DNA from: a virus
Lineage: Duplodnaviria; Heunggongvirae; Uroviricota; Caudoviricetes
Length of the DNA stretch: 58,724 nt
IMG/VR virus record: IMGVR_UViG_3300012007_000007
Location: 163,434-222,157 of that record
Direction: 5' to 3' (one strand)
The notes beneath the pieces were generated by a model. It worked only from the letters and a program-made list of their open reading frames with translations, did not search any database and was not told the origin of the DNA. A program made the translations under genes and the position numbers. Of this stretch, positions 15,434 through 23,897 are shown one piece after another (position 1 is the first letter of the stretch; every line of letters starts with the position of its first letter).

Positions 15434-15666
15434 CTGGGTATCCCCTTGCTTTCTAGTACGGCCATCACCTGCCCCGGTATTTCCGAGGGGCGCTTGGCCT
15501 TGGTAATGGCTTCCTTGATTTCAGGCGCCGAGCGCACGCGGTTCCATACGGCCCACTCCCTGTCGGTCATGTCTCCGCGGTCCACGTTCGTAATCCCGTA
15601 GCTCCCGGCCCTGTACATGGGGACCACCACGTAGTCCCCGGTAAATTCTTCAAGTCTTGCAATCAT
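15400..15666 (-). CDS. Hypothetical protein
   Basis: ORF behind GAGAG RBS-like sequence and a CTATATTT motif. Confidence 0.5.
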   Translation of the reverse strand: MIARLEEFTGDYVVVPMYRAGSYGITNVDRGDMTDREWAVWNRVRSAPEIKEAITKAKRPSEIPGQVMAVLESKGIPRCLTNQERPIL

Positions 15667-15758
15667 GGCAGTTTCTCTCCTCAAATATAGTATAAATCTA
15701 GTTCATTGACGCGGCCCCGCCGGTATAAACTTGTAAAAAACATGGAAAATACCCGGCA

Positions 15759-16301
15759 ATGTACTCCGTAGACGAAATATTCCTCATGTCAGGCATGGCG
15801 GACAGGGCCCTGGCCGAATCGCTGTACCTGGGACTCGACGAGATAGGCAGGCACCAAAAACCCCTCCAGGAAGGCATAGGCGGGAAACTGCTCACGATAG
15901 GCGCCATCCTGGCCGGTACCATATTTTCCGGGTGTGCCGGCAACCAGGCAAGGAACGTGCCCGCCCTGGATGTCGACCAGGCCGCAACGGTAAGCAACCA
16001 GACCGTCAGCACGCTGGCCATGGAGATTGCCAACGGGATACATGACGAGATGGAGACCAGCGACAAAGTGACCGATACGCAGTCGTGGCAGGCGGCCAAG
16101 GACATCTACAAGAACCTGGTGGACAGCAAGAAGCAGGGCCTCGCCGACATGTTCGCCCGCGTGGTCAACCGGAAGACCAAGGAATTCTTCAACGCACCCC
16201 CCTGCTGCGACAACGCGACCTACGACAACACCAGGCAGGAAGTCCCGGAGCAGCATTCCGAATACAACCCGGCCACCGGGTACTGGGAGGTCAAGAACTG
16301 A
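15759..16301 (+). CDS. Hypothetical late protein with internal hydrophobic/lipobox-like segment
   Basis: TATAAACT at 15724-15731; LTIGAILAGTIFSGC segment. Confidence 0.65.
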   Translation: MYSVDEIFLMSGMADRALAESLYLGLDEIGRHQKPLQEGIGGKLLTIGAILAGTIFSGCAGNQARNVPALDVDQAATVSNQTVSTLAMEIANGIHDEMETSDKVTDTQSWQAAKDIYKNLVDSKKQGLADMFARVVNRKTKEFFNAPPCCDNATYDNTRQEVPEQHSEYNPATGYWEVKN

Positions 16302-16303
16302 TT

Positions 16304-17002
16304 ATGCAGAACGTATTCGAATCGATGATGGACATGGATGCGGCCCTCGCCATCTGCGAGGCAATAGGCGATTCCCAGGAACCCCAGGAAACTACAGCCG
16401 AACTGGACCCGGAAAGGTTCAAGGCCTACGCCAAGTCCCCGTCCGACATAGACGAGGCCACCCTCAGGGACATAGCCGCGGTCATCGACGGCAAGGACGA
16501 CCTGTCGCCTCCCCCGGACAACCACGTGCCGGTTGCCACGCCCAGCACCCTGGACAGGCTGCTCAACTCCGTCACCGTCGTCTACATCACCGACAACGAC
16601 TACCCGGTGGCCGCGGCCAACCTGATAGACCCCACAAAGGAGGACTACAGGGGAATCGTGCCAATCAAGTACTACAGCCTCCTGAGCGGGTACAACCTGG
16701 ACGGGAGGGTGCAACAGGAATTCTTCGCCGTAGCCGAGGAATACCGGAACAGGGGAGTCGGGACGGAGCTCAGGGCCCAGATTAACGCGCTGGACACCCC
16801 TACCTTCATCGTGGTCGACAGCACCGACAGGGACTGCATAGAGGGGCTCGCCAGGAGCGGGTACCAGTTCGTCGCCCAGGTGGCCGACGAGACCGCCGTC
16901 TACCCGGTGCAGCTGTGGGTGGACAACGCCGATGCCGACCCGGCTTCCCCGGAAAACCCGGAAGAACCCGCGTTCCTCGACGACGCGGTCGAATTGATGT
17001 AG
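16304..17002 (+). CDS. GNAT-family acetyltransferase-like protein
   Basis: FFAVAEEYRNRGVGTELR acetyl-CoA-binding motif A; start MQNVFES. Confidence 0.75.
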   Translation: MQNVFESMMDMDAALAICEAIGDSQEPQETTAELDPERFKAYAKSPSDIDEATLRDIAAVIDGKDDLSPPPDNHVPVATPSTLDRLLNSVTVVYITDNDYPVAAANLIDPTKEDYRGIVPIKYYSLLSGYNLDGRVQQEFFAVAEEYRNRGVGTELRAQINALDTPTFIVVDSTDRDCIEGLARSGYQFVAQVADETAVYPVQLWVDNADADPASPENPEEPAFLDDAVELM

Positions 17003-17012
17003 TTTCAACAGT

Positions 17013-17243
17013 ATGATAGCAAGAACAAAGGACGACCAGTACCTCAACATTTTCGAGCTGGCGTGGCTTATCGCGTCGGCGGAGTTCTTCATTGCGATGA
17101 GCTGGCTCGGCCTGTACGACATGGAAAACGACACCTGGCACAGGAGAAGGATTTTCTGGTACGCTGCCGGGTTCCTGGCCGTACTCCCAGTCCTGCTCGC
17201 CGGGATTTTCGGCACAGCCGCGGCGATAAAGTACCTGATGTGA
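17013..17243 (+). CDS. Small two-helix membrane protein
   Basis: Two hydrophobic segments in 76 aa. Confidence 0.55.
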   Translation: MIARTKDDQYLNIFELAWLIASAEFFIAMSWLGLYDMENDTWHRRRIFWYAAGFLAVLPVLLAGIFGTAAAIKYLM

Positions 17244-17250
17244 GGCGGCC

Positions 17251-17556
17251 ATGACACTGGACGAACTGCTGGCAATGAACCCGAACCTGGGAAAGATGTC
17301 GGGCTTCATGAAGGAACACCCGGAATTCCCGGTGAGGTTCTGGGATGACGGAACGGTGGACATCACCATACCGGAAACCGTCAGGATTGCGAGCTTCGTG
17401 GAGAAGTTCCGCTGCCCGTGCTGCCAGTCGCCAACCGAAGGGCCGTATATCCAGACTGACAAGGAAGACATCAAGGGAACTTTCCGGAAATGCAATGAAT
17501 GTTCAATCCGGTTCTTCATCCACAACAAGGTCAAGTTCGGCGGGACCGCTAAATAA
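17251..17556 (+). CDS. Small zinc-ribbon protein
   Basis: CPCC...CNEC. Confidence 0.6.
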   Translation: MTLDELLAMNPNLGKMSGFMKEHPEFPVRFWDDGTVDITIPETVRIASFVEKFRCPCCQSPTEGPYIQTDKEDIKGTFRKCNECSIRFFIHNKVKFGGTAK

Positions 17557-19675
17557 GCTCCGATGCCTCAGCCAGCTCGCAACATGCCGAGAAGATGTTA
17601 TCGTCGAGCGTCGCCTTCACGTCCACGTTCACCATATGGTCAGACGCTGATGACTGACCGGCCTTAAACAGGCAGTTCACGTTCAATGTGTAAGGAAGGC
17701 TGAACGTGTACGACCCGGGTATATTGAACGTCCTGGTGACTCCCCCGATGTCCAGCACGCACACGTAGCACTTCGGTACATTGCCGGGAATGCTCGCGCC
17801 TATGCCTTCGGTAATCTTCACTTTTACGACCACATCCACCGAGTAGAGGGTATCCTCCATTACCTTGAACGGGCTTGACTGGTTGGTAATTAGGGAGGTG
17901 CCCGTACCAACAACCACATAGGAATGCCCGGTACTGGTATAGTGCCGGTTCGTCGTAGGCGTGGATGTCCATGACGTAGTACTCCCGGTCCCGGACTGGA
18001 GCATCATGCCTTCCGTAGGGGCATTGGATGGAGGAAGCGCATGCAGAACGGACGACATGTCCAGCGTAACACCCGACGACATGTTGTACCCAATCTCGAA
18101 TGTTCCGGACGAATTACGCAAGTTAGCGAAGGCAATCGTCGATGCGGAATGCACATGGTCGGCTGGCGCGACATACACATATCCGTCGGATGACGGGACA
18201 GTAGTACCGGGTGAACTTGTGCCGCTTATCGGCTGTATGTGAGAACTTTCCGGCGAATCCGGTTCGTCCGACGGCACGGCAATCTCGACCAGTCCCGTAA
18301 CCTTTTCGACACCGTCAGTCGTTGCCGCAGTCGCCGGGAAAGTTATTTCTTCGCTACCTACGCCGGTTACGTGGCCCGTCGAGGTTACAGTCAGGCTAGG
18401 CTCATGAAAAGTTCCGCCGAATCCTGATATCGCATCGTATGCGAATTCTCCACCCGCGTCGCCTATCCCGCTCTTGCTGTGGGCGATACCTTCGGCCACG
18501 GTACTGGTAAGGACGTTTTCATCGGGTTCCCCGGGAGTTCCGATGTTCAGGTCTATCTGCCTGGTATAATGGGACTCATCGCCATCGCTGACGATGGTCC
18601 CCTTTCCAGGTACCATGGTATAGTTGCAGGCGATTGGGACAAACGACCCGGTCTTCGGACTGCCTGATGACGCACCGGCTTCCTCCACCCACCTGTAGAA
18701 CTTGTCAGGCTGTCCATCCTGACGGAGGCAGTAGACTTTATCAATGATTCCATATGATGGCAAGATTGGAACTATTTCAACATATGAACAGTCGGATATG
18801 CATGACGGCATATTGACTGCCGGAATTTTTCCTTGTGGACCGGTTACAACTAGTCGCTCTGCACATATACGCTTACCAAAATACTTCCCGGATGGTGGCC
18901 TCGGTACATCACGAACTAGCCTGATATATCTACAGTTACCGTAAGGAATATGATAAAGCGCTATACTATTTCCATCTAGATATAATGCCGGCATCATTGG
19001 GGCAGAACCAGAACCCCTCAAATAGCCACCGTAATGAACCAGGTAGTCCATGAAGTAAAACTCCATTTCGCCCACATAGGCTAAGCACGTGCCGCCCGGT
19101 AGTGCGTTATACCCATATTCATCCGTCCCATTCCATTCTGTTGACCTCAATTTCTGCCCATCGTAACCCGCATAGTGAATTAAATCCTCAAAGTCATTTG
19201 CCCTTGGAACACGCCACCCATCAGCCAAACCAAATTCTTCCAAGTGGCCTTGCAAGTAAGTTATTGCTGCTCCACTGTATAATAGCCCATACCGTTTTCC
19301 ACTCTGCCCATATTCTTCCTCATTATACTGATAGTAAGCTGCCTGAACGACAGGAGCACTGTAATACGATTCGGGTGGAATAAGAGGGTTGCTTGCATCT
19401 TTAAACTCTAATCCTGGGAATACCCAATCCAAATTTTCGGTCAGCCATTCCTGATTCCCAATCCGTGTTGTCCCATACGTTCTTCCACCAATATCAACAG
19501 CACCATGTGGTCCTGGCTCGGGCGGAATTACTTCATCCATGCTATCTATCCCAATCCACCAGTTCTTGTTTTCCGGGTTGCCCGCCAGGACACCGACCGG
19601 GTCTTCCGACTCGTCGCCGAATGGGACCAAGTCCCTAATTCGGTAGTGGGTCATGTCGTATATTGACTTCTCCAT
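17549..19675 (-). CDS. Tail-fibre/receptor-binding protein with a FISUMP (Fib_succ_major)-like domain
   Basis: TTRIGNQEWLTENL, YGLLYS, GWRVP, GTDEYGYNALPGG, YIRLVRD; shaft paralogous to 19677-21245. Confidence 0.8.
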   Translation of the reverse strand: MEKSIYDMTHYRIRDLVPFGDESEDPVGVLAGNPENKNWWIGIDSMDEVIPPEPGPHGAVDIGGRTYGTTRIGNQEWLTENLDWVFPGLEFKDASNPLIPPESYYSAPVVQAAYYQYNEEEYGQSGKRYGLLYSGAAITYLQGHLEEFGLADGWRVPRANDFEDLIHYAGYDGQKLRSTEWNGTDEYGYNALPGGTCLAYVGEMEFYFMDYLVHYGGYLRGSGSAPMMPALYLDGNSIALYHIPYGNCRYIRLVRDVPRPPSGKYFGKRICAERLVVTGPQGKIPAVNMPSCISDCSYVEIVPILPSYGIIDKVYCLRQDGQPDKFYRWVEEAGASSGSPKTGSFVPIACNYTMVPGKGTIVSDGDESHYTRQIDLNIGTPGEPDENVLTSTVAEGIAHSKSGIGDAGGEFAYDAISGFGGTFHEPSLTVTSTGHVTGVGSEEITFPATAATTDGVEKVTGLVEIAVPSDEPDSPESSHIQPISGTSSPGTTVPSSDGYVYVAPADHVHSASTIAFANLRNSSGTFEIGYNMSSGVTLDMSSVLHALPPSNAPTEGMMLQSGTGSTTSWTSTPTTNRHYTSTGHSYVVVGTGTSLITNQSSPFKVMEDTLYSVDVVVKVKITEGIGASIPGNVPKCYVCVLDIGGVTRTFNIPGSYTFSLPYTLNVNCLFKAGQSSASDHMVNVDVKATLDDNIFSACCELAEASELI

Positions 19676-19676
19676 C

Positions 19677-21245
19677 CTACTTCACCTCGGCTATCTGGAT
19701 GGAACCGGTAGTGGACCAGCTTACTCCGGACCGCGTGCACGCAACCTTGAACATACAGGATGTCTCGGCGGCAACTATGGTCATGCTCCCGTTCACGTGG
19801 TTAGGAATACCGTTACTTCCGGTAATGCTTTCATCGATGATGTGCCTCCGATTGTAGTTGCTGCTTGCAAATGTTGCAGCAAAAATCAACTCATCCAGGT
19901 ACAATCCGGCCGTCGCCAGCGTGATGCTGAGACTGTATGTGACCACATATACCTTCCCGACAACCAGTCCGGTAACCTTGTTGTTGGACACGTTCATGTC
20001 GGAACTGCGAGCGCTTGGAGTAGCGAGGGTAAGCGCAGATGCCGTCGAGGTACAGGTACCAGATACGTCGATGAACGCGTATGATGGCTGTATCACCGCC
20101 CTTGTGTCCTTCCATGCCGACACCAAGTTGCTCCCGCTCGTTTCCGTGGTCAGGACAAGACCGGCTCCAGCAGGGGCTGTCGAAGGCAGGGGTACCTTCA
20201 GGAACTTGTCGAAATCATAGCTTACGGCCGCGCTGCCGTTGTATGTCTTTGTTCCGTCGTTGGTGTTGATAAGTGAAAGCGAAGCGGCATTGTGCGTGTG
20301 GTCGGCCGCAGACACGAGGACATATCCGCTAGATGGATTGTACGTTCCGGGACTACTTGCGCTGCCTATTGCCGTAGCGCTGTCGCCAATCTGCACCAGC
20401 CCGGGTACGGTTACGCGCGCCGGCGTGCTGGGCACTGTTACGTCTGACGAAGAAGCGGTCGTGACATGTCCAGCCGAATCCACAACAAACGACAACGACT
20501 TGAAATTACCGCCAAAATCCGGGGTGGCGGTCTGGGTTGCCGGATAGGTACCGGCAGTTACTCCCGATGTGCTGTGCCGCAACGTGTTGCTTGCCGCATC
20601 GACAAACAGAATCTTCTTCTGCCCACCAGTCGACGAGTCTGGCTCCGGTGAAGGCGTGCCTATCTCTATGTCAACCTGCCTGGTATATGCGGCGTCATTA
20701 TCAACTACGAACGTACCAACGCCGTTCTTCATCACCAGGTCGCTTGGAATTGGAACGAAGTGCCCAGTTTCGGTGGTCTCCCCGGCATGCTCCGGGTCGG
20801 CAACATACCTGTACTGAGTGTATATCGTCTTGCCGCCTACCGTCCTCACGTCACGGTACACGTTGTCTATTACCGGCTGTTCTTGAGGGTCCACCGCAGG
20901 ACCGGGGCAAACGTACTCCGTACCGGTAGCAGAATCGGTAAATACCCAGTCGCCGGTGGGGTCCTCCGGGATGGCCATCGTCCCGTCTATTACATTATCC
21001 ACTTTGTGGGGAAGCATGTTCTGGGGGACCAGATGTGTCTTGGTTAGCAAGGCTATGCGGTTCATCGGTATGTGACGGGTTCCCTGGTCTATCAACGGGG
21101 ATTGACCCTCGACGGGGTCCGGAACCACATAATCTATTGCGGCCGACCACTTTGCAGCCTCCTCCGGATTCTTTATGAGGGTATCTATCTGGGCACTGGT
21201 TATCGGGTCCAGCTCTGCTATGCGTTTTTGCTTCAATTTGGCCAT
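19677..21245 (-). CDS. Tail-fibre protein
   Basis: Thr/Ser/Gly-rich; VDSAGHVT and ADHTH fibre motifs; TATAAACT at 21341-21348. Confidence 0.72.
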   Translation of the reverse strand: MAKLKQKRIAELDPITSAQIDTLIKNPEEAAKWSAAIDYVVPDPVEGQSPLIDQGTRHIPMNRIALLTKTHLVPQNMLPHKVDNVIDGTMAIPEDPTGDWVFTDSATGTEYVCPGPAVDPQEQPVIDNVYRDVRTVGGKTIYTQYRYVADPEHAGETTETGHFVPIPSDLVMKNGVGTFVVDNDAAYTRQVDIEIGTPSPEPDSSTGGQKKILFVDAASNTLRHSTSGVTAGTYPATQTATPDFGGNFKSLSFVVDSAGHVTTASSSDVTVPSTPARVTVPGLVQIGDSATAIGSASSPGTYNPSSGYVLVSAADHTHNAASLSLINTNDGTKTYNGSAAVSYDFDKFLKVPLPSTAPAGAGLVLTTETSGSNLVSAWKDTRAVIQPSYAFIDVSGTCTSTASALTLATPSARSSDMNVSNNKVTGLVVGKVYVVTYSLSITLATAGLYLDELIFAATFASSNYNRRHIIDESITGSNGIPNHVNGSMTIVAAETSCMFKVACTRSGVSWSTTGSIQIAEVK

Positions 21246-21434
21246 TTTGCTTCCTCGTACCTACCCGTACTCATACGTCGACATGATGGTCTTGCCGCCA
21301 AGACAGTCATGTCTTTCGGATACTGCGTCTCACATTCACCAGTTTATACAGGTTTACCCTAGCGCCGACCGCTAGTAGCAGCCATAATGTAACGAGCTAC
21401 CGTTTTCGGAAGCATGTGTGAACTACCAAAAATA

Positions 21435-22700
21435 TCAATGTGTATCGGTCGTTGACAGCTTGTACCTGAAGGTGAACTTGTATGACTGCCCGAACTGCTT
21501 GCGCCACGGCTTGGAAACCCATACTGGGTTGTCCGGGTCGGTGTTGTCGTAATACCCGAAACGGAAATATGCACCTTCATACGCGAATCCAAAAATATCT
21601 TTATACTCTGAGTCGATATTTGGATATGATGGATTGATTATTACAATTCTATCTCTGACAAAGCTACCAGGTACATAATCCAACTGAGTAAATGAACAAT
21701 TTTGATAATCTATGTCATAAGTAGAATACAATGAGCCACCTATAGAACCTGAACTAGAAAGGATAGGAATTAAATCACTTTCTATTTTTGGAATAAGTAA
21801 ATTAGCTGAACTTACAGTACCTTGATATGAACTGTTTTCGTTTGAAACACTTACTGGACCTACAGTATGGTATGGGGTATTTCTAGGAACACTTCTTCCT
21901 AGACCGTTGGTACCTATGGCATACGGTATCTGTATAAGTTTCGTTGTTACGCCATTTCCGGAATAATTACCATTTATCCATCCCGGCTGTTCTGGATATT
22001 GTACGAATACCGGCCTCTGGCATGTACCCCTCAATGGATTCCCATCAGAATCAATCAGTCCAGAAAATAACGAAGACACATCATGTTCAGCTTCGTATTC
22101 ATTGATGTTCACCTGATAGCATACACTCAATCGGTCTCCAGCATCTAGTTCAATGCCATCTGGAAGGACCACTCGTGAAAACATCGGATACGTATCTTCT
22201 GCATAATACTTACCAAACCAACCAACCTCATGTATAGTAACACTGTTATCCATGGCTACAGACTGAAGCGTTATTCGAAGCTGAATGTTGTTGTTTGAAA
22301 CGTCAAAGTTCGTTCCATTATATGGAGCCACGGTATACGCAACCTCTTCACTGAATCCTCCAGCCTGAGAATATAGTCCCGTATCGGTAAAATTGGTTTC
22401 GTGGTCACTCGTCCCAACCGCAATAAATTGCAAGCAACCGCTGTAATTGTCTTTAGCGCTCTCACTAGCCACTCTTCTGCGCCACCTATTGTAATAAGTG
22501 ACGTAACCCGTATATGACCCTTCCCACGTCGGGCAATACTTTACCGCACTGTTACTTCCGTTAAATGTCAATAGATAGTCTAGCCCGCCGCTCACTATCC
22601 TATTGTGGATAGGCTTGTCAAGCCATCGGAATTCCTTACTTCCATCCTTCCTTATTTTTCCGAGGCCTACTACCAGGCCGTGCAAAGTCTGTTCAATCAT
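21435..22700 (-). CDS. Tail/baseplate-associated structural protein, AT-rich
   Basis: NRIVSGGLDY, AVGTS and EVGW motifs typical of tail-fibre-proximal proteins; position in the tail block. Confidence 0.6.
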   Translation of the reverse strand: MIEQTLHGLVVGLGKIRKDGSKEFRWLDKPIHNRIVSGGLDYLLTFNGSNSAVKYCPTWEGSYTGYVTYYNRWRRRVASESAKDNYSGCLQFIAVGTSDHETNFTDTGLYSQAGGFSEEVAYTVAPYNGTNFDVSNNNIQLRITLQSVAMDNSVTIHEVGWFGKYYAEDTYPMFSRVVLPDGIELDAGDRLSVCYQVNINEYEAEHDVSSLFSGLIDSDGNPLRGTCQRPVFVQYPEQPGWINGNYSGNGVTTKLIQIPYAIGTNGLGRSVPRNTPYHTVGPVSVSNENSSYQGTVSSANLLIPKIESDLIPILSSSGSIGGSLYSTYDIDYQNCSFTQLDYVPGSFVRDRIVIINPSYPNIDSEYKDIFGFAYEGAYFRFGYYDNTDPDNPVWVSKPWRKQFGQSYKFTFRYKLSTTDTH

Positions 22701-22924
22701 TGTGCAATCTCCTCTATTGAAATTAAGCCCATCTCTATGCCGCAGTCATCTGCAAGGGTGTGCATATATGGCATCTCCCTCACTGACTGCAAGCCCATCT
22801 CTATGCCGCAGTCATCCACTGGTATGCCATGGCCGAGGCTGGTCGTGACATTCTCGTCCTCCATCCAGCCCTGCTCGTAGCTCCCGCCCCTCGTCAGGCT
22901 GTTCGCTCCGTGCGTCAGTATCAT
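22697..22924 (-). CDS. Small hypothetical protein with duplicated DDCGIEMGL
   Basis: ATGA overlap with the downstream gene; in-frame internal repeat. Confidence 0.5.
   Translation of the reverse strand: MILTHGANSLTRGGSYEQGWMEDENVTTSLGHGIPVDDCGIEMGLQSVREMPYMHTLADDCGIEMGLISIEEIAQ
22725..22816. repeat. Perfect 26-bp direct repeat, two copies, period 66 bp
   Basis: AAGCCCATCTCTATGCCGCAGTCATC at 22725-22750 and 22791-22816. Confidence 0.9.
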
Positions 22925-22934
22925 CTTACACCTC

Positions 22935-23882
22935 CTACGGGTTGGACATGGCGAACTCGGCCAGCGTCCAGCAGCTGCCCACGCAGGTGACCTGGTAGAG
23001 CTTGCCGGTAGTCAATGAATTACCGCCAGATACGGACGGGCTCAGTGTGGTCGTGGTGCTGCCAACCGTCTTGGTTACGGTCAGGGTCACATCCACGCTC
23101 GGTGTAACCTCAACGGCGAAGTTTGGTACCTCGCCGGAACCGACATTGACATTCAGCGTGAGAGCGGCCTGTGCCGTCGCAAGTGTAGAGAGGGCATTGT
23201 TAGGCACGTTCACGGAGGACGCGTCAATCAGAACACCGCCGTTGTTGACTCCGTTCAATGCCTGTTCAGTGACTATCCATACATCATCCTCCACTTCCAG
23301 GATTTCATTCGTTCCGGTAAATTTCATTCGGACATGGCCACTTCCGCTGTTGCGATAGGTCAAGTAGAATACATCGTAACGGCTCGGATAGCTTGTGCGT
23401 ATTAGGACAATATCCTTTCCCTTCAGTAATTTGGCATTCATGTCTGCGATAAGCGGGTAATCCGTGCCAGAGAATTTGAACACAGCAATAGGTGCGGTAT
23501 CGCCACCGACCTTGAGCCACTCGCCATTTTCAGTCCAGGCAACCTCGTCGCCCACGTCCACGACGATGCTCCCATCAGTCAAAGTACCGGCATCGGTCAG
23601 CGTGTAGGTCCATCCAGCCTGGATTCCAGTAATTCCGGAGTTGAGCTGTGCGACGGTGGCGGGCCCCTTCCACTGCAGCGGCTTGCCGATTGATTCTACT
23701 TCCTCGCGTACCTCATTCAACTCAGTCGCATCGGCCTTCCCAGCCAAGGACGTACCCAAGTCGAACTTTTTGGCCATCTCTAGGGCAGACTGGTCAACTG
23801 GTACGTACAGTCCCGGAGAAAGACTGGAAATTTCATCCAGTTCATATATTCTCTTTTCTTCCGATTGATTTGCGTTAGTCAT
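22935..23882 (-). CDS. Tail-fibre-associated protein (315 aa)
   Basis: N-terminal KRIYELD paralogous to KRIAELD of 19677-21245; QWKGPAT...GDEVAW fibre-type repeat. Confidence 0.65.
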   Translation of the reverse strand: MTNANQSEEKRIYELDEISSLSPGLYVPVDQSALEMAKKFDLGTSLAGKADATELNEVREEVESIGKPLQWKGPATVAQLNSGITGIQAGWTYTLTDAGTLTDGSIVVDVGDEVAWTENGEWLKVGGDTAPIAVFKFSGTDYPLIADMNAKLLKGKDIVLIRTSYPSRYDVFYLTYRNSGSGHVRMKFTGTNEILEVEDDVWIVTEQALNGVNNGGVLIDASSVNVPNNALSTLATAQAALTLNVNVGSGEVPNFAVEVTPSVDVTLTVTKTVGSTTTTLSPSVSGGNSLTTGKLYQVTCVGSCWTLAEFAMSNP

Positions 23883-23897
23883 TGCTAGTCTCTCCAG

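Noticed and set aside
17549-19675. Diversity-generating retroelement acting on the FISUMP domain
   Set aside because: No reverse transcriptase and no template/variable repeat pair seen in this window; cannot be excluded elsewhere in the genome
22725-22816. Mini-CRISPR (26-bp repeat, 40-nt spacer)
   Set aside because: Only two copies, period is a multiple of 3 inside a plausible ORF, no palindrome, leader or cas gene
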